NCBI GenBank assembly: GCA_964016885.1
Contig: OZ024743.1
Span: 218,488,001-218,552,000, forward strand
Source: Eledone cirrhosa
Taxonomy: Eukaryota
Direction: 5' to 3'
Length of the DNA stretch: 64,000 bases
Part shown: piece by piece, positions 11,035 to 24,433 of the stretch
How the letters are laid out: each line of letters opens with the position of its first letter
How positions within the stretch are numbered: the stretch's first letter is position 1
The notes under the pieces: generated by a model
Databases searched by the model: none
What the model saw: only the letters and a program-made list of their open reading frames with translations
Told to the model about the DNA's origin: nothing
Position numbers and translations under genes: made by a program

Positions 11035-11590
11035 ACATGATGGCTGCAACTCGATTTTGAGTAATGCCATCGCTTGATACTTAAGCATAAGTATCACGGA
11101 CGTGGCTTTATAGTCCTGCTAGGAACTTGCCTATGGCCAGCAATACCATGCATCACAGAAAATGTCACATATTAAGCGATGCCTGTGCTTGAAGCTTTTT
11201 TAAGTGAGGAAAGGCTTTGCATGGGGCCAATCCCACTCTCTGAACATCAAATACATTTGTCCAAAAAGAAGAACTGGTCTACATCATTGGATGCAAATGA
11301 AGTCACAGGTTTTATACCAAAGTGACCTTCTCCTAGAGAGATGTCTTAATGAAGACTAGGAGTCTCTCATTCAATAAAAAAAAAAACTTTATTGGATGGC
11401 TGTTGACTCTTCTGAATTCCTCCACTCTTTGACGGGTTTTATTTTTCACCCCGCAGGGTGTCCAAAATCACCCGCCTCACCAAGCAAGCTTGGTGGGGTT
11501 GCCCATTTAGTCGCCAACGACCCAACCATGCACAGGTTCTACTGGGTTACATGTTACCAGTAGTGCTGAAGAGTGACCTGACATAAACAT
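11035..11590. repeat. Dispersed repeat, possibly a LINE 5' region
   Basis: Highly similar to ~53995-54345. The distal part resembles ~51190-51310. Confidence 0.65.
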
Positions 11591-11604
11591 ATATACATAT
11601 ATGT

Positions 11605-12085
11605 ATCATCATCATCATCGTTTAAAGTCCATATTCCACGCTTGCATGGGTTTGGACGGGAGTTTTCCCACTTGAGGCAAGAGTGGTTGTCTTGCTCGCA
11701 TAAGACTGTCTGGCGGGTTTTCTATGGCTGGATACCCTTCCTAACACCAACCACGTTTACAGTGTGAACTGGGAAGTTTTTACCGTGTTACCTACACGGT
11801 CACATTACAGCATGGACTGTGTGTTTTTTGTCGTGACACCTACACAACCTCATTTGTTTCGAACTGGATGTTGTGGTACCAACATAACTTTACATTGAAA
11901 GGGGTGGTGTGGATGGGGTGGGGGTAGTGGGACGGGTGTATTTTTGTTAGAGGTGTCTACTGACTGTAGTAGGTTTCACTTTATACTTAGGTAAGGCGGG
12001 TCTTCTGTATTACTGTGTAGCGCCAAAGATCTCGGTCCAGTGACATTGTCTTGGAGAGGTGTAAGTGTGTGAGGTCGGAATTTAT
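11605..12085 (-). mobile_element. RTE LINE 3' end
   Basis: Near-identical to 4147-4632. Confidence 0.9.
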
Positions 12086-12239
12086 CATATACATATATAA
12101 TAAGGGCCATCAATTCGTTAAACCAGTACTGACAAATAATATATCTATTGATATCTAAAGACATCAATGAGAACTAGAGAGAAATAGATAGAAAAAAAGA
12201 AGAGGAGCCACAAGATCACCTTTCTTAATACCATTTTTT

Positions 12240-12750
12240 ATTTTTATTGGCTCTGAGATGATATCACTAATATTTACCCAAGCCTCCATGTCATCATGAA
12301 AAGATTTGAATTATGTTAGCAAATTGTTCCAGGCACCCTAACCTGTCAAGGATCTCCTACAGAACAGCTCTGTTCACTGTATCAAAAGCTTTTGTTAAAT
12401 TCCCAAATATCTGATATAGGTATTTGGGGATTTAAATACTTATTGGTGTTCGTAGCACTTTTCTTAAATTTTACAAGCTTTAAAGATCATATCAATCGTA
12501 CTTCTTTTGGGTAAAAAGCCACAAATTGATTCTGGTGAGATCAGGGTTGATATACTATATAGTCTTGAAAGCATGAGTGATGTAAGAATTTTCCCTGCAG
12601 TACAAAAAAGAGCTATTCCACTGTAATTTGTGCTTTCCTTCTGCTGGCCTTTGGTCTTGTATAAAGGAATTATTATTGCATATTTCTAATCCTTTGGTAC
12701 TTCCCCCTCTCACCATATTTCCCAAATGAATTCATTCAAGACTTTTCCTA
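12240..12750 (-). mobile_element. Degenerate LINE RT fragment (RTE/BovB-like)
   Basis: The minus strand encodes ...NLTKAFDTVNR...LDRLGC...FHDDME, with stops. Confidence 0.65.
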
Positions 12751-13147
12751 TACACATATAGGCTAAAAGAAGGTTTATTATACATAAACATATCATATAT
12801 GCTTCAATATACAACTCTATTATGTTTTATGCTATGTCAGTGCTACTAATACTATAATATACAACTCTATTATGTTCTATGCTATGTCAGTGCTACTAAT
12901 ACTACATATATGGTGGTTGTCTGCTCTTTACAGAGCTTGACATCTTCTTGTACCTAAAATTACTTTTTTATAGTATGAGATCTTAAATGACATTTGAGCC
13001 TTGAAAGAGATAACCAAAAATACTGCAGCAATGTCTCATTTCAGCATGGCTCTATTTTCTGTTTCTTTGTTGTAAACAAACATACATATCTTATAGAGTA
13101 GGGAGGAGTCTTCTGTCAAGTCAATTAGTGGCAACTTCCCTTGTGCT

Positions 13148-13400
<253 letters not shown>

Positions 13401-14034
13401 AAGAAAGAGAGTGAGGGAGAGAAAAAGCAAGAGAGGGCGGGGAGACAGACAGAAAGATTGTCACAAACATAAAAGTATATATATACTTTTGTTAAACACA
13501 CACACACACACTCACTCACACACTCACACGCCTAAGTGGTGCTCCCAAAATCCCTTTTGACACACATAACCAAATAATACTCTAATGTAATTCCAACATG
13601 AAATGCAATTAGAGAAACAAGTTCCTATTTGTGTGAGGAAATAGAACTTATGGAATTTGGAAGAGGAAAAATTGGAAGAATGGGGCTGCAGTGGTGGTTG
13701 TAAATGGAGCAAGTGGGTGAGTGTGTAGGTAGTAAAGTGCAGACAAATTATCAGAACTTGTGATGGGGAGAAATACAATGTATATAGTAATGGAAACAAG
13801 TGTGGTAGATGCTGATGTTATGGTGTTGGGTTTGGGGGTTTAAGAGTTTAGGGAATAATGAGAAACGATATCAGTTAGTGAGATGGGAATGTGATGAAAA
13901 TAGAGTTGATTTATATCAATTGTAAACTGATAAAGTGGTCACATAGAAAATAGAAGTTCAGAGCAAAATTGTTATCACTTGTGAGAAAGTGGGTTATGCT
14001 AGAGGCAAGGCTCAAAGTAAGGAAAATATTTGCC

Positions 14035-14312
14035 TCTCAGAGTTGCTGAAGCATGGAACAAACTACCTGCATCAGTTGTTAGCTGTCGGGATACTGCATC
14101 CTTCAAAACTTCCATGCTTCCTGAAATTCGCCAACACTACACCTGATATTCTCCCGCCATACACACGCATGCATGCGTGTGTGTGTCTGTGTGTATATCT
14201 TGACTCATACACTGTTCACTTTCCTGACATTTGTACATTATTCTATGTACTATACATACACCTTTGATGAGTTGTAGTGCACCTGAGTACTGTACACAAT
14301 AATTTTCATTGT
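14035..14312 (+). mobile_element. CR1/L2-type LINE 3' end
   Basis: Closely matches 58515-58780. Confidence 0.85.
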
Positions 14313-14879
14313 TATCATATAGTAACAGACAATATTAAATCTTGTCTTTACAGTAATACAATTGCACTGCTACTATCAACAATGAGCCCAGAAAAATCAG
14401 TACGTGATTGCTTAGCTTGTTATAAATAGAAGCCAAATCTCCCTAAAATGACACCCTACTCACCTAAACAAGAAACATTGGAGAATGTAGTACTGGATAT
14501 AATATGGTTGAAAAGGGGATGACAGGGTGATCATTGCTGGACCACCTTTCATCAGAACTGGTCAGTGGCTAAACAACAACTATAACAACATTACTATATA
14601 GAATAAAGATCAATTATGGCTGGAATGGCTTTCATCAGAGGTCTGTTCCATTAGCACTGACCTAGGGTTAAACAATAACAACAACAACATGGCTGTGTAG
14701 ATGAGCAGATGGTTATAACTGGTATAATTTTAATCACAGGTCTATTCAATCAGGGCTGTCCTCGGGCTAAACACTAAACCCTGATATACCAACTAAGGTG
14801 AGCAATTGGAAACTTTGGTGGATGATATGGGATTTTGAGTATTAAGAAAGTATTTCAACATATGCTACCCACCCAAAAA

Positions 14880-15420
14880 TATGACAACATCAACATTATC
14901 AGCACTCAGTTTTACTACATACACCATGACAACAACATCAACATTATCACCACCCAATCTTACTACACTCACCCTGACAACAACATCAACATTATCACCA
15001 CCCAATCTTACTACACTCACCCTGACAACAACATCAACATTATCACCACCCAATCTTACTACACTCACCATGACAACAACATCAACATTATCAACACCCA
15101 ATCTTACTACATACACTGTGGCAAGTGTTGCCTTACTATACTCACCCTGACAACAACATCAACATTATCACCACCCAATCTTACTACATACACTGTGGCA
15201 AGTGTTGCCTTACTACACTCACCATGACAACAACATTATCACCACCCAATCTTACTACACTCACCCTGACAACAACATCAACATTATCACCACCCAATCT
15301 TACTACACTCACCCTGACAACATCAACATTATCACCACCCAATCTTACTACACTCACCCTGACAACATCAACATCAACATCAACATTATTACCACTCAAT
15401 GTTACTATACTCACCGTGAC
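14880..15420. repeat. 48-bp minisatellite abutting the KIF6 exon donor
   Basis: Unit ACACTCACCCTGACAACAACATCAACATTATCACCACCCAATCTTACT, about 10 copies with length variants. Confidence 0.95.
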
Positions 15421-15429
15421 AAGAGTTAC

Positions 15430-15550
15430 CTGCTCAGCCCACCATTCTTCAAAAGCTTTCATTAGTTGAACCTTCTCTTTCTCCAGTAGATGTTGGCAAT
15501 GTTCTATCTCACTCTTCAAATTCCGCAGAAAGTTAAAATTACCTTTGTAC
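15430..15550 (-). CDS. KIF6: KIF6 coding exon
   Basis: Acceptor gtttcag. Encodes YKGNFNFLRNLKSEIEHCQHLLEKEKVQLMKAFEEWWAEQ, matching KIF6 YKxxFxxLKxLKxEIEHLQxLxxKxKVxLxKxFExWWAE. The donor is gtaact at 15429 or the in-frame gtgagt at 15414. Confidence 0.9.
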
Positions 15551-17945
15551 CTGAAACAGAGTAAATATATACATGTGTATATATACATGTGTGTATATAC
15601 ATATATATATATATATCAAGGAAAACAGACATTAAATGATGATGATTATATATGCATGCATGTGTGTGTGTCAGTGTGTGTATATATATATATTCTCTTA
15701 TGTGTTCTAGACTCCTGGCGGTTGCTATGTTGAAGTATTGGGTGACTGTATCTGGTGACTGTAGTTAGTAGCTCACAAAAGCAAAAGAACTCAATATCTA
15801 TAATACAATATTGTAGATCTACTCATATTCAGATGATGAAGCTTAGTGAACACACACAGTGTTGAAACATTGTGATCATGTGAGAATATGAATAAGTCAT
15901 GTGTGTGCACAGATCACTCAAAGTCAATGGCACCTGGAGTAGAGGAAGACCTAGGGAAAACATAAGACAACGTGGTGGAGACTGGCTTCACAAAAGAGCT
16001 AAACCTCACAAAAGAGATGACACAGGATAAAACAACACCTCCATGTAAGCAGGATGAAAAAATCATGCAGAAGATGCTAGTGTAGAGGCTGAAATATATA
16101 TATCAACATTTAGCTTCTCCCTGCCAATTTTCCCTTCTCCCTTGTCTTTCCCACACACCAGCTATCTTCCACTATCTTAGTATTCCACCACATCACATAA
16201 TTAATTCCCTCTCGTTCATTAATGCTTAAATTATTCCTGATCTTAGTCTGCCTCTCCTCATACCAAGGATTCCCCATCCATACCTACCGTCTTTTACACA
16301 CACCCACAGCTTGAGTTCTGTCAAGACCCCCACTGATCACAGAAAGACACTGCCTACATATAATGTAAGGTATCTTAGATCTGTATATATCCACCAATCT
16401 TATGAACTGCAGTCCATTTCATCTCACCCCGCCCAATCCCATCACTACCTATCTCTGCACACCTGAAGACACAATGATCACCATATTGTTGGTGCCACAA
16501 TAAAATACACCCAACATTTCAGTGTAGCATTAAAACTAGAGCAATTGTTGCATCCTCAAATGAGTATGGAGAGTGAGTGATGGAAGCAAAGAGGGTGGAA
16601 GAGATGAGTGCAAGGTACAAGTGGTAGTCCTCAACTGGACAAGGGAGAGGAGTGAAGGGTTGGGATGAGATATGAGAGCATGGCAGAAACATCAGCTACA
16701 TATTGCTTACTGAGAGATTCATTACTCTGGGAGAGAAAGAGAGACAGAAGGAGAGCAGGTGCCAGGTCATGGAGATGACCTTCAGTGGACAGGGAGATTG
16801 AAAGCTTGGTGTAAGGTATAGGAGATGGAGTTAATGGGGAGAAAGGGAAAAGATTGGTAGATACATACAGGGGATGCAAGATATTCCTCTTTACATGTGG
16901 GCAACATTGAATTTAGATAGCAAGGATTGGGGAGGGAGGGGGGGGGGGCTGTCAAGAAGAAGACGAGGGATATTGTCGAGAATGAGAAAGAACCTAAATG
17001 TTGATATAACTCAGTTTCTGTACAATGATCTTCTCTATGCATGTCTCATCCTGCTCATATAATATGGTAAATCTCCAGTCAACTTAATCTTGTGTTATCT
17101 CCTCTATGAAGTTCATCTCTGTGAGATCAGCCTTCAACATGTCATACCATATTTTCTTAGGTCTTCTTTTTCCATGGATTCTTTTGACTCTAAGTGCTCT
17201 GCACACTATTGTGCAGCTATCAGCCTCCATTCACACCATATATCCATATCAATACACTGTCATCTTTCCTACACTACATCTGATTCTTTTTAGGCTCAGT
17301 TTTTCTCTCAATACATGTATGCATTGTTATTTATATATGTAACACTAATATTACACATCCATCAGATCAGGCTTACCTCATTTCTTTCCAATCATCACAA
17401 ATCTTCTGTGCTTGAAACCCATATCTCACTTCCATCCAACATCATAATTTACACAGCTATCATACATTCTGCCATCCACTCAAACGTTTTCAGACCAGTT
17501 CTCACTCTAGCTATTTTACTTTTGGAACACCAACCTCCACTGCTAACTAGGCCACCTAAGTAATAGACGTTGTCAGCTAGGGAACTATGAACATTTGATA
17601 GCAATCTTGCAGCTTACTACTCCAGTGCATGTGCTACATACAAAGCTTACATTCTTTGTTAGCCTGCTAACATTATCATTATTTAACATCTATTTTCCAT
17701 GTTTACATGTGTTGCATGAGTTATCATATTCTAAGTCTAGACCAGTCAGGTGAATATGTCTTGTTCATACATTCTGCCTTGGCTTTCTTTATACAGCTGG
17801 ATGCTCTTCCTAATGGTAATCACTTTACAGCTTCTACCGAGACCATTTTGAATACCTATATACATATATCTATATATATGTATGTATGTGTGTGCATGTT
17901 TGTGTATGTGTGTGTGTATGTGCCTGTGTGTGGTATGTGTCCATA

Positions 17946-17983
<38 letters not shown>

Positions 17984-17984
17984 A

Positions 17985-18330
17985 CCTGACAGCCATTGCA
18001 TACAAACCTACAGTCAGTAGGCACCTCTTAACCCAATGTACACCCCACCTCCACACCCAACCCCGCCTTTCCCGTTCCGTCCACTGTGTCGATGACACAA
18101 CAGTCCACACTGTAAGGTGGCTATGTAGGAGACACAGTAAAAAGGCTCCCAGTTCACACTGTAAATGTGGTTGGTGTTAGGAAGGGCATCCAGCCATAGA
18201 AAACCTGCCAGAGACACTTCCGTGTGAGCGAGACACGGTCTGCCGACCATTCCCGCATCAAATGGAACAAAACCGTCTAACCCATGCTAGCGTGGAAAAT
18301 GGACATTAAACAATGATGATGATGATGATA
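17985..18330 (+). mobile_element. RTE 3' UTR fragment
   Basis: Reverse complement of the RTE tail, ending in (GAT)n. Confidence 0.8.
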
Positions 18331-18360
18331 ATATATATATATAATGATATTAAATAAGTG

Positions 18361-18660
18361 GAAACTATATTTATAAAACCATATTTATTCAATTATATAT
18401 ATTTCAAGGGTACCAAAATTTTGGTACGCTATCATCAGATAAAATACAAAATGTTTTATAAATATTTGACAGGGCCAAGGATAATATACCTTAACGGTTC
18501 AAGTTATCCAGAGATAACTTGAACCGTTAAGGTATATTATCCTTGGTTATGTCAAATATTTATAAAACATTTTGTATTTTATCTGATGATAGCGTACCAA
18601 AATTTTGGTACGCTTGAAATATATATAATTGAATAAATATGGTTTCATAAATATAGTTTC
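18361..18660. mobile_element. Foldback palindrome (148-bp arms, 4-nt loop), probable inverted Penelope-like pLTR
   Basis: 18361-18508 is the reverse complement of 18513-18660. The right side continues to ~18772. It is flanked by (TA)n. Confidence 0.85.
18575..18635 (+). ncRNA. Minimal type-I hammerhead ribozyme
   Basis: TATTTTAT-CTGATGA-T-AGCGTACCAAAATTTTGGTACGCT-T-GAAA-TATATA-TA-ATTGAATA. The core boxes are canonical and cleavage is predicted after 18627 (AUA). A mirror copy lies at 18386-18446 (-). Confidence 0.7.
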
Positions 18661-18799
18661 TATTAATTTAATACCATTGAATATTTACTCCAGAAATCTG
18701 TCGAGTGCTCTGAATCAGTTATAAACATTTATATTTGTTGTATTACCAACAAATTAAATATCCCTTCTACTTATATATATATATCTATATATATATATA

Positions 18800-19510
18800 C
18801 ACGACTGGCAAAGCATAAATGAAGTAAGTGAGAAATTAGGAATAAGAGGGATCAGATGCTGTTTACTCAAGAGAAGACTACGTTGGTACGGTCACGTGAT
18901 GCGCATGAAAGACGACAGCTGTATAAAAAAGTGCAGGGCGATCGAAATTGATGGAAGTTACGGAGTAGGTGGACCCAGAATAACCTGGGACAATCTGATA
19001 AATTCCGACCTTACAGACTTACACCTCTCTGAGACAATGTCACTGGACCGAGATCTTTGGCACTACGCAGTAATACAGAAGGCCCGCCTTGCCTATGTAC
19101 AAAGCGAAACCTACAGTCAGTAGGCACCTCTTAACCAAATATACACCCCAACCCACTAACCCTACTCCATCCTCCCAATCCCACCAACACCACCCTCTCT
19201 CTGTAAAGTTATGTTGGTACGACAACATCCAGTCCAAAATAAATGAGGTTGTGTAGGTGTCACAACAAAAACACACAGTCCACGCTGTAATGTGGCCGTG
19301 TAGGTAACACGGTAAAAACCTCCCAGTCCACACTGTAAATGTGGTTGGTGTTAGGAAGGCATCCAGGCGTAGAAAACCTGCCAGACAGTCCTATATGAGC
19401 AAGACATGGTCACCCGACCAATCTTGCCTCAAGTGGGACAATTCCCATCTAAACCCATGCTAGCGTGGAAGATAGACGTTAAACGATGATGATGATGATT
19501 ATGATGATAC
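18800..19510 (+). mobile_element. RTE LINE 3' fragment
   Basis: ORF 18896-19123 (MRMKDDSCIKKCRAI...) plus 3' UTR and (GAT)n tail, opposite in orientation to the copies at 3-12 kb. Confidence 0.9.
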
Positions 19511-20681
19511 ACATAGAGAAAGAGAGAGATGTTTTATTTCATGAGTCACGCCCAGAGACTGCCTAACCTGATATAATGAATTTCAGAAGAATTGAACATT
19601 GATCACCACACAGGACTTTTTAACAAAATTTAGCCATGACATCACAGTTTTATGAGGAGACGACAATAAGTGTATTGAAGAGATGTGAGTTGCTATTACA
19701 TTACTGTTAATAAATCAGTCTTATGGGACAAACAACAGAGACTAAAACCAGTAGTGAAATTTTGTAAAGTACAATAAAAGAGATTGTTAATTCAACCATA
19801 AGCCAAGGATATTGATATTGATATAGATGTTTTAGTTATATCTAAAAAGCTATAATATTAACTGAGTAAAGAACTCAATAGAGTGAAATATATTTTTTGA
19901 AAATTGACATTGACATCAAAGTTTTGCCTTTTAAAGCTTTTCAAACTGTGTGCGCGTGGGTGTGTGTGTGTGTTTGTGTGTTTGTATAAAATGTATGAAA
20001 ACATATAGTGTCTGATTGTGAATAGAAGTCTAATCAAATAAAACCATTTCTCTTGAAGGTCTGGGGGCACAACTACATCTCAATGGAATAAGAAATATGA
20101 AGCACACACACATGTTCACACATACATACAAACAGACACACTCTCTCTCTCTCTCTCTCTCTCTTACGCACACACACACACTCACCCACATATACACACT
20201 CAAATATAGTTCACAGAATCATATATGTAAAAAGAAAAGTTAATCTTTAAATACTGCAGAATATAAAATGATTGTATACAGACAACAAAAGAAACATCTA
20301 CCTAGTCATTCTACCTGCTAGAAATAGTAAGTAAATTTCCCACTACCATCTTAAAAAAGGAAAGGATATATTACATGATACAGTTTAAGATAACCACAAA
20401 TATAAATGAAAGGATGGCCATGGCTGGAATGCTATTGATCATAGTTCTGTTTGTTTACAAATCTGCTAGAAAAAGCTGCTCAATCTCCCACCACTCTCTT
20501 TAAAAAAAAAGAGGGGACGAAGATTAGATAATGTAATCCAAGATAACAAAAAGAAGAAAAAAGGCCAGGGAGTTGTGACTGGAATGCCTTTGGTATTGTT
20601 CTGATTAATGAAGGTTAAGTTGGATCAAATAATAACCACAGTTAAAAAATAATAAGTCTAGAGTAAATCTTGTCTTATTAA

Positions 20682-20934
20682 CCCTTTCGTTACTAATCCA
20701 CCTGAAACTACCCCAGTTCTATGATACATAACTGTCTATTTTAATCTGTTTGTACGTGTACTAAAGCCTTCATCATAATTTTATGTAAAAAAATTTTGTT
20801 TAATTATGTTCCAAACACCAACTTAATAATAAGGAAATTAGTTTATGTTTAAATCCCTAAAAAAATTGATTATTTTCAAAATTAATTGAAATGCATAAAC
20901 AGTGTCTTTCATTAGAAATATGTTAATAAAAGGG
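20682..20934. mobile_element. piggyBac-type MITE (second family)
   Basis: TTAA|CCCTTT...AAAGGG|TTAA. Related degenerate copies lie at ~39575-39833 and ~46987-47254. Confidence 0.75.
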
Positions 20935-22539
20935 TTAAAAATGTTGAAAGTAGATAGATTCATCTATCTGTTTGAGCTACTGTTTCAAACTTGATCTTAC
21001 TGATAGATGATGTAAGGTTTTATATTCAGATACCATAACAATTCTTCTACTATCAGGCCTTTTCATTCTTAGTATCAGTCATCTTTGAATATCCATGTGT
21101 CTCCCATAGATGAGCTTGACAAAATAGGAGCCTGTTATTCTCACGTAAACCCTGTCTTACCATCCACACATCATAGTCCTGTTGTGCAATTTGAATATTG
21201 GAAGTTGTTACATGTTCTGTTTCAAATAAAAACAACTCGTTGATTGGGTATCTAGTTTTACTTCATGTAAGAGTGAAGATGCGAAAATGTGAACAAAATT
21301 TTCTTTGTTTCTTTACTTTTTCTCTTTTCCTTCATTTTTTTGTTTTGTTTTGTTGTTTTTTTTTCAAGTAATTCGAAATATTTTGTTTATACATTCAAAT
21401 TTAGTTAATTTCATATTTTGCCATTTTTAGCTACGAAAATGCCTGCTTCTGCATCCTTGTCAATCATCAGTATAGAGTAATAAATTGGTCAATTTCTTAT
21501 ACTCTTTTCAAATTATAGCTTTCATTTTTAATCAAAGAAACAGAATAAGTGAGCAATCTATTCACATAAATTTGATTTAATTGTATTGTTGTGCAAATCT
21601 GCAAAAGGAAAATCAGAAATCCAAAAACAGTCCATTAAATAACAAGCAAAGACAACTGCATACAAACAAAAATGTTTTCTATTTACACTACATAAGATTA
21701 ATCTAACAATATTAAATGAAGAAAATAGCATACACAAATAATCCAACATTAATTACAAAGAAAATAACATAATATTGTGTATGCATTAGATTTATTTTTG
21801 TGTGTGCAAGTATTAATGAATGTAAGACCCAACAATAAATACCTTGTGGAGTTACAATTCTCATATCCAAATGACACACAAATATTTGCATATTGAAAAG
21901 AATTCATTTCACAAGGAATTGTTGGTGTAAAGGACTTGCAAACGATGTGGATTTGGAAGAAACTTTGAAGATCTATCACTAGCTTATGATTCATATATAG
22001 TTTTTATAATCTCTTGCTACATAATGGAAATTCAGGGTTTGAATCTGGACATTTTAATGTGCAATATGACAGGTTAATATATTCAATGGAAAGGTGTAAC
22101 TCAAGGACAATGTCTACACATCCAGAGAGAGAGAGAGAGAGAGGAAGAGTATGTGTGTGTGTGTGTTCGAGGGACAAGGGAAATTCATTTCTTTTGTGTG
22201 TCCTAAGGTCAGATCAGTCCATTCTAGAGTATAAATATAACATTTTGAGTTACTTGGAAAAAAAAAGAAGAAAAAATATGGAAAGAAACTGAATGTAATA
22301 TTTTTTGTCTTCCATTGTTTCTCTCCTCTTACACGAAGAAAAAGTGGATACCCAATCAAATAATGAAATGCTTATATTTGAGACGCAAGGTTTTATTACT
22401 GTAAAAATTAGTATTTTGTGAACAATAGAGTTGTTAGTTATATTAGTTATATGTTTCAATTGGTTCAGTACATATCCAATTATAAGCAAGTTAGGAACAA
22501 AGATTTGTCCATGCAACTTAAATGGAATAAATACCATGA

Positions 22540-22985
22540 TGTATTTTTTGAACACCATCACCAGTTAAATGGTAATTTCTAGATGATAATATGAAAGTGT
22601 ACAGGTGAAATGTTCTATCAAAATCCCAATAAAATACATACATAACAGACTAGATATAGTGATATGGGGCAGGGAAAAGAAGGCATGCACAGTGGTGGAA
22701 GTCAGCTGTCCAGTAGATGTCAATATAATGTTAAAGATTAGTGAAAAGATGAACATTTATGCTGAACTAATGTGGAATCTGCAGATACTCCAACCTGACT
22801 ATAACTTTAGATTTGTACCTGTGATCATTGGAGCACTTAGATGTGATATAACTTCCCCAGAACAAATCTAAAGAATCTGGGCTTCACAAAACAAGACAAA
22901 GTAGAGCTAGTTAGGAAGTTACAAGTACAGTCCATTAATAGAACTGTATATATATATATGTAAAATATTTCAGAAATTCAGCATA
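22540..22985 (+). mobile_element. R4/Dong-like LINE 3' fragment (restriction-like endonuclease)
   Basis: HNRLDIVIW..KKACTVVEVSCPVDVNI..K..EK...Y.EL...VPVIIGAL matches the PD-(D/E)xK RLE domain of early-branching non-LTR retrotransposons. Confidence 0.75.
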
Positions 22986-23735
22986 TATTAACTACATATA
23001 CACATGTATAGACACAGAAACATATCCACACATGCAATAACATTCATACAGACATACATAGGTAGTTACCTAATTGAGGTTGTCAAAATTCCAATGAAAG
23101 AGTCTTGTTTCTATATTAGAAACCAGCTCTCCCTCTATTGGTGAAAATTTATAAAATAAAAAAAATCAGAACATACATATATACACATGCACACACGACC
23201 ACACACACACACATTCATGATGATTCTTATTACAAGAGTATGAGAGGTTTTAAATGAGTACTCAATGCATATTAGTATAGAATATAAATATTATTAACAT
23301 TATGAGGGTTGGATGCCATGCTTTGCAGCATAGAGTTACGGCCCTTTACGTTCTGAGTTCAAATCTCGCTGAGGTTAACTTTGCCTTTCATCTTTACGGG
23401 GGTCGATAAAATAAAACACCAGTAATGCACTGGGGTAATTGCTGGCCTTGTGCCAAAAGTAGAAACAATTATTTAACCCTTACATAGAAAAATGTGTTTC
23501 TCCCTTATGGAACTGGTTACAGGGTTAGTAATACTAACTGTGTGCATCATTTTCTACAATATTCATCCATTTGGTCCTGGCTCCTTTACACACCCTGATC
23601 CTATCTCTCTGATCGTAGCCAGAGAACAGCATGCAGTGGATGAAGAGTTACATGTGTCTCTCTAATTCTTTAGGATCACAAATGCAGGACATATTCTTCA
23701 CCTCTCTTACTAAATCCACCATTAAAATGTTGACA

Positions 23736-23791
<56 letters not shown>

Positions 23792-24251
23792 ATATATATA
23801 TATATTTCTTTAATATTACATGTTTACCCTGTCAGTTATCACACACGCGCTTGTATATTCACCCCTAGATTCCTATGGTTCTCTTATTGTGAGAAACATA
23901 TACTCTTACAGCTGATACAGACCAACTAAGTACGCACACACACTTCTACTCTTTCCTTCACGGCTCTGTATTCATGCAGACACACATTCTTTTACTTACT
24001 TATACAAACATATAATAACACACACACACACACATACATATAGCTCTATATACAAAACGTTTTTTTTTTTTGCCATTACAGATAGATGTTCTCCATCATC
24101 CACTTTTCTAAAAAAATATATCATACCCAAAACGCCAGTAACAACAGTTTTCCAAGAGATGTCAACATGAATGGACCTGTTATTTTTCTCTAAAAACATT
24201 TTTTCGAATTCTGCCCTGCCCATCCCTTCAATCTTTCTAATTACTCATTCT

Positions 24252-24289
24252 TTCTTCTGATGAAAGACTAGCGTCCGAAACGTTAAGAA
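24252..24289 (+). ncRNA. Minimal hammerhead ribozyme in a Penelope-like tail remnant
   Basis: TTCTT-CTGATGA-AAGAC(TAGC)GTCC-GAAA-CGTT-AAGAA. Stem I is perfect, AACGTT is a palindromic stem III, and stem II is weakened. Confidence 0.6.
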
Positions 24290-24372
24290 TCCTTCCTGCT
24301 AATTCAAGCATTAAACTAATATATTCCTTTCATATACTGTACTGATTGTGTTGTTATTTCTGTTCACCTTTT

Positions 24373-24433
<61 letters not shown>

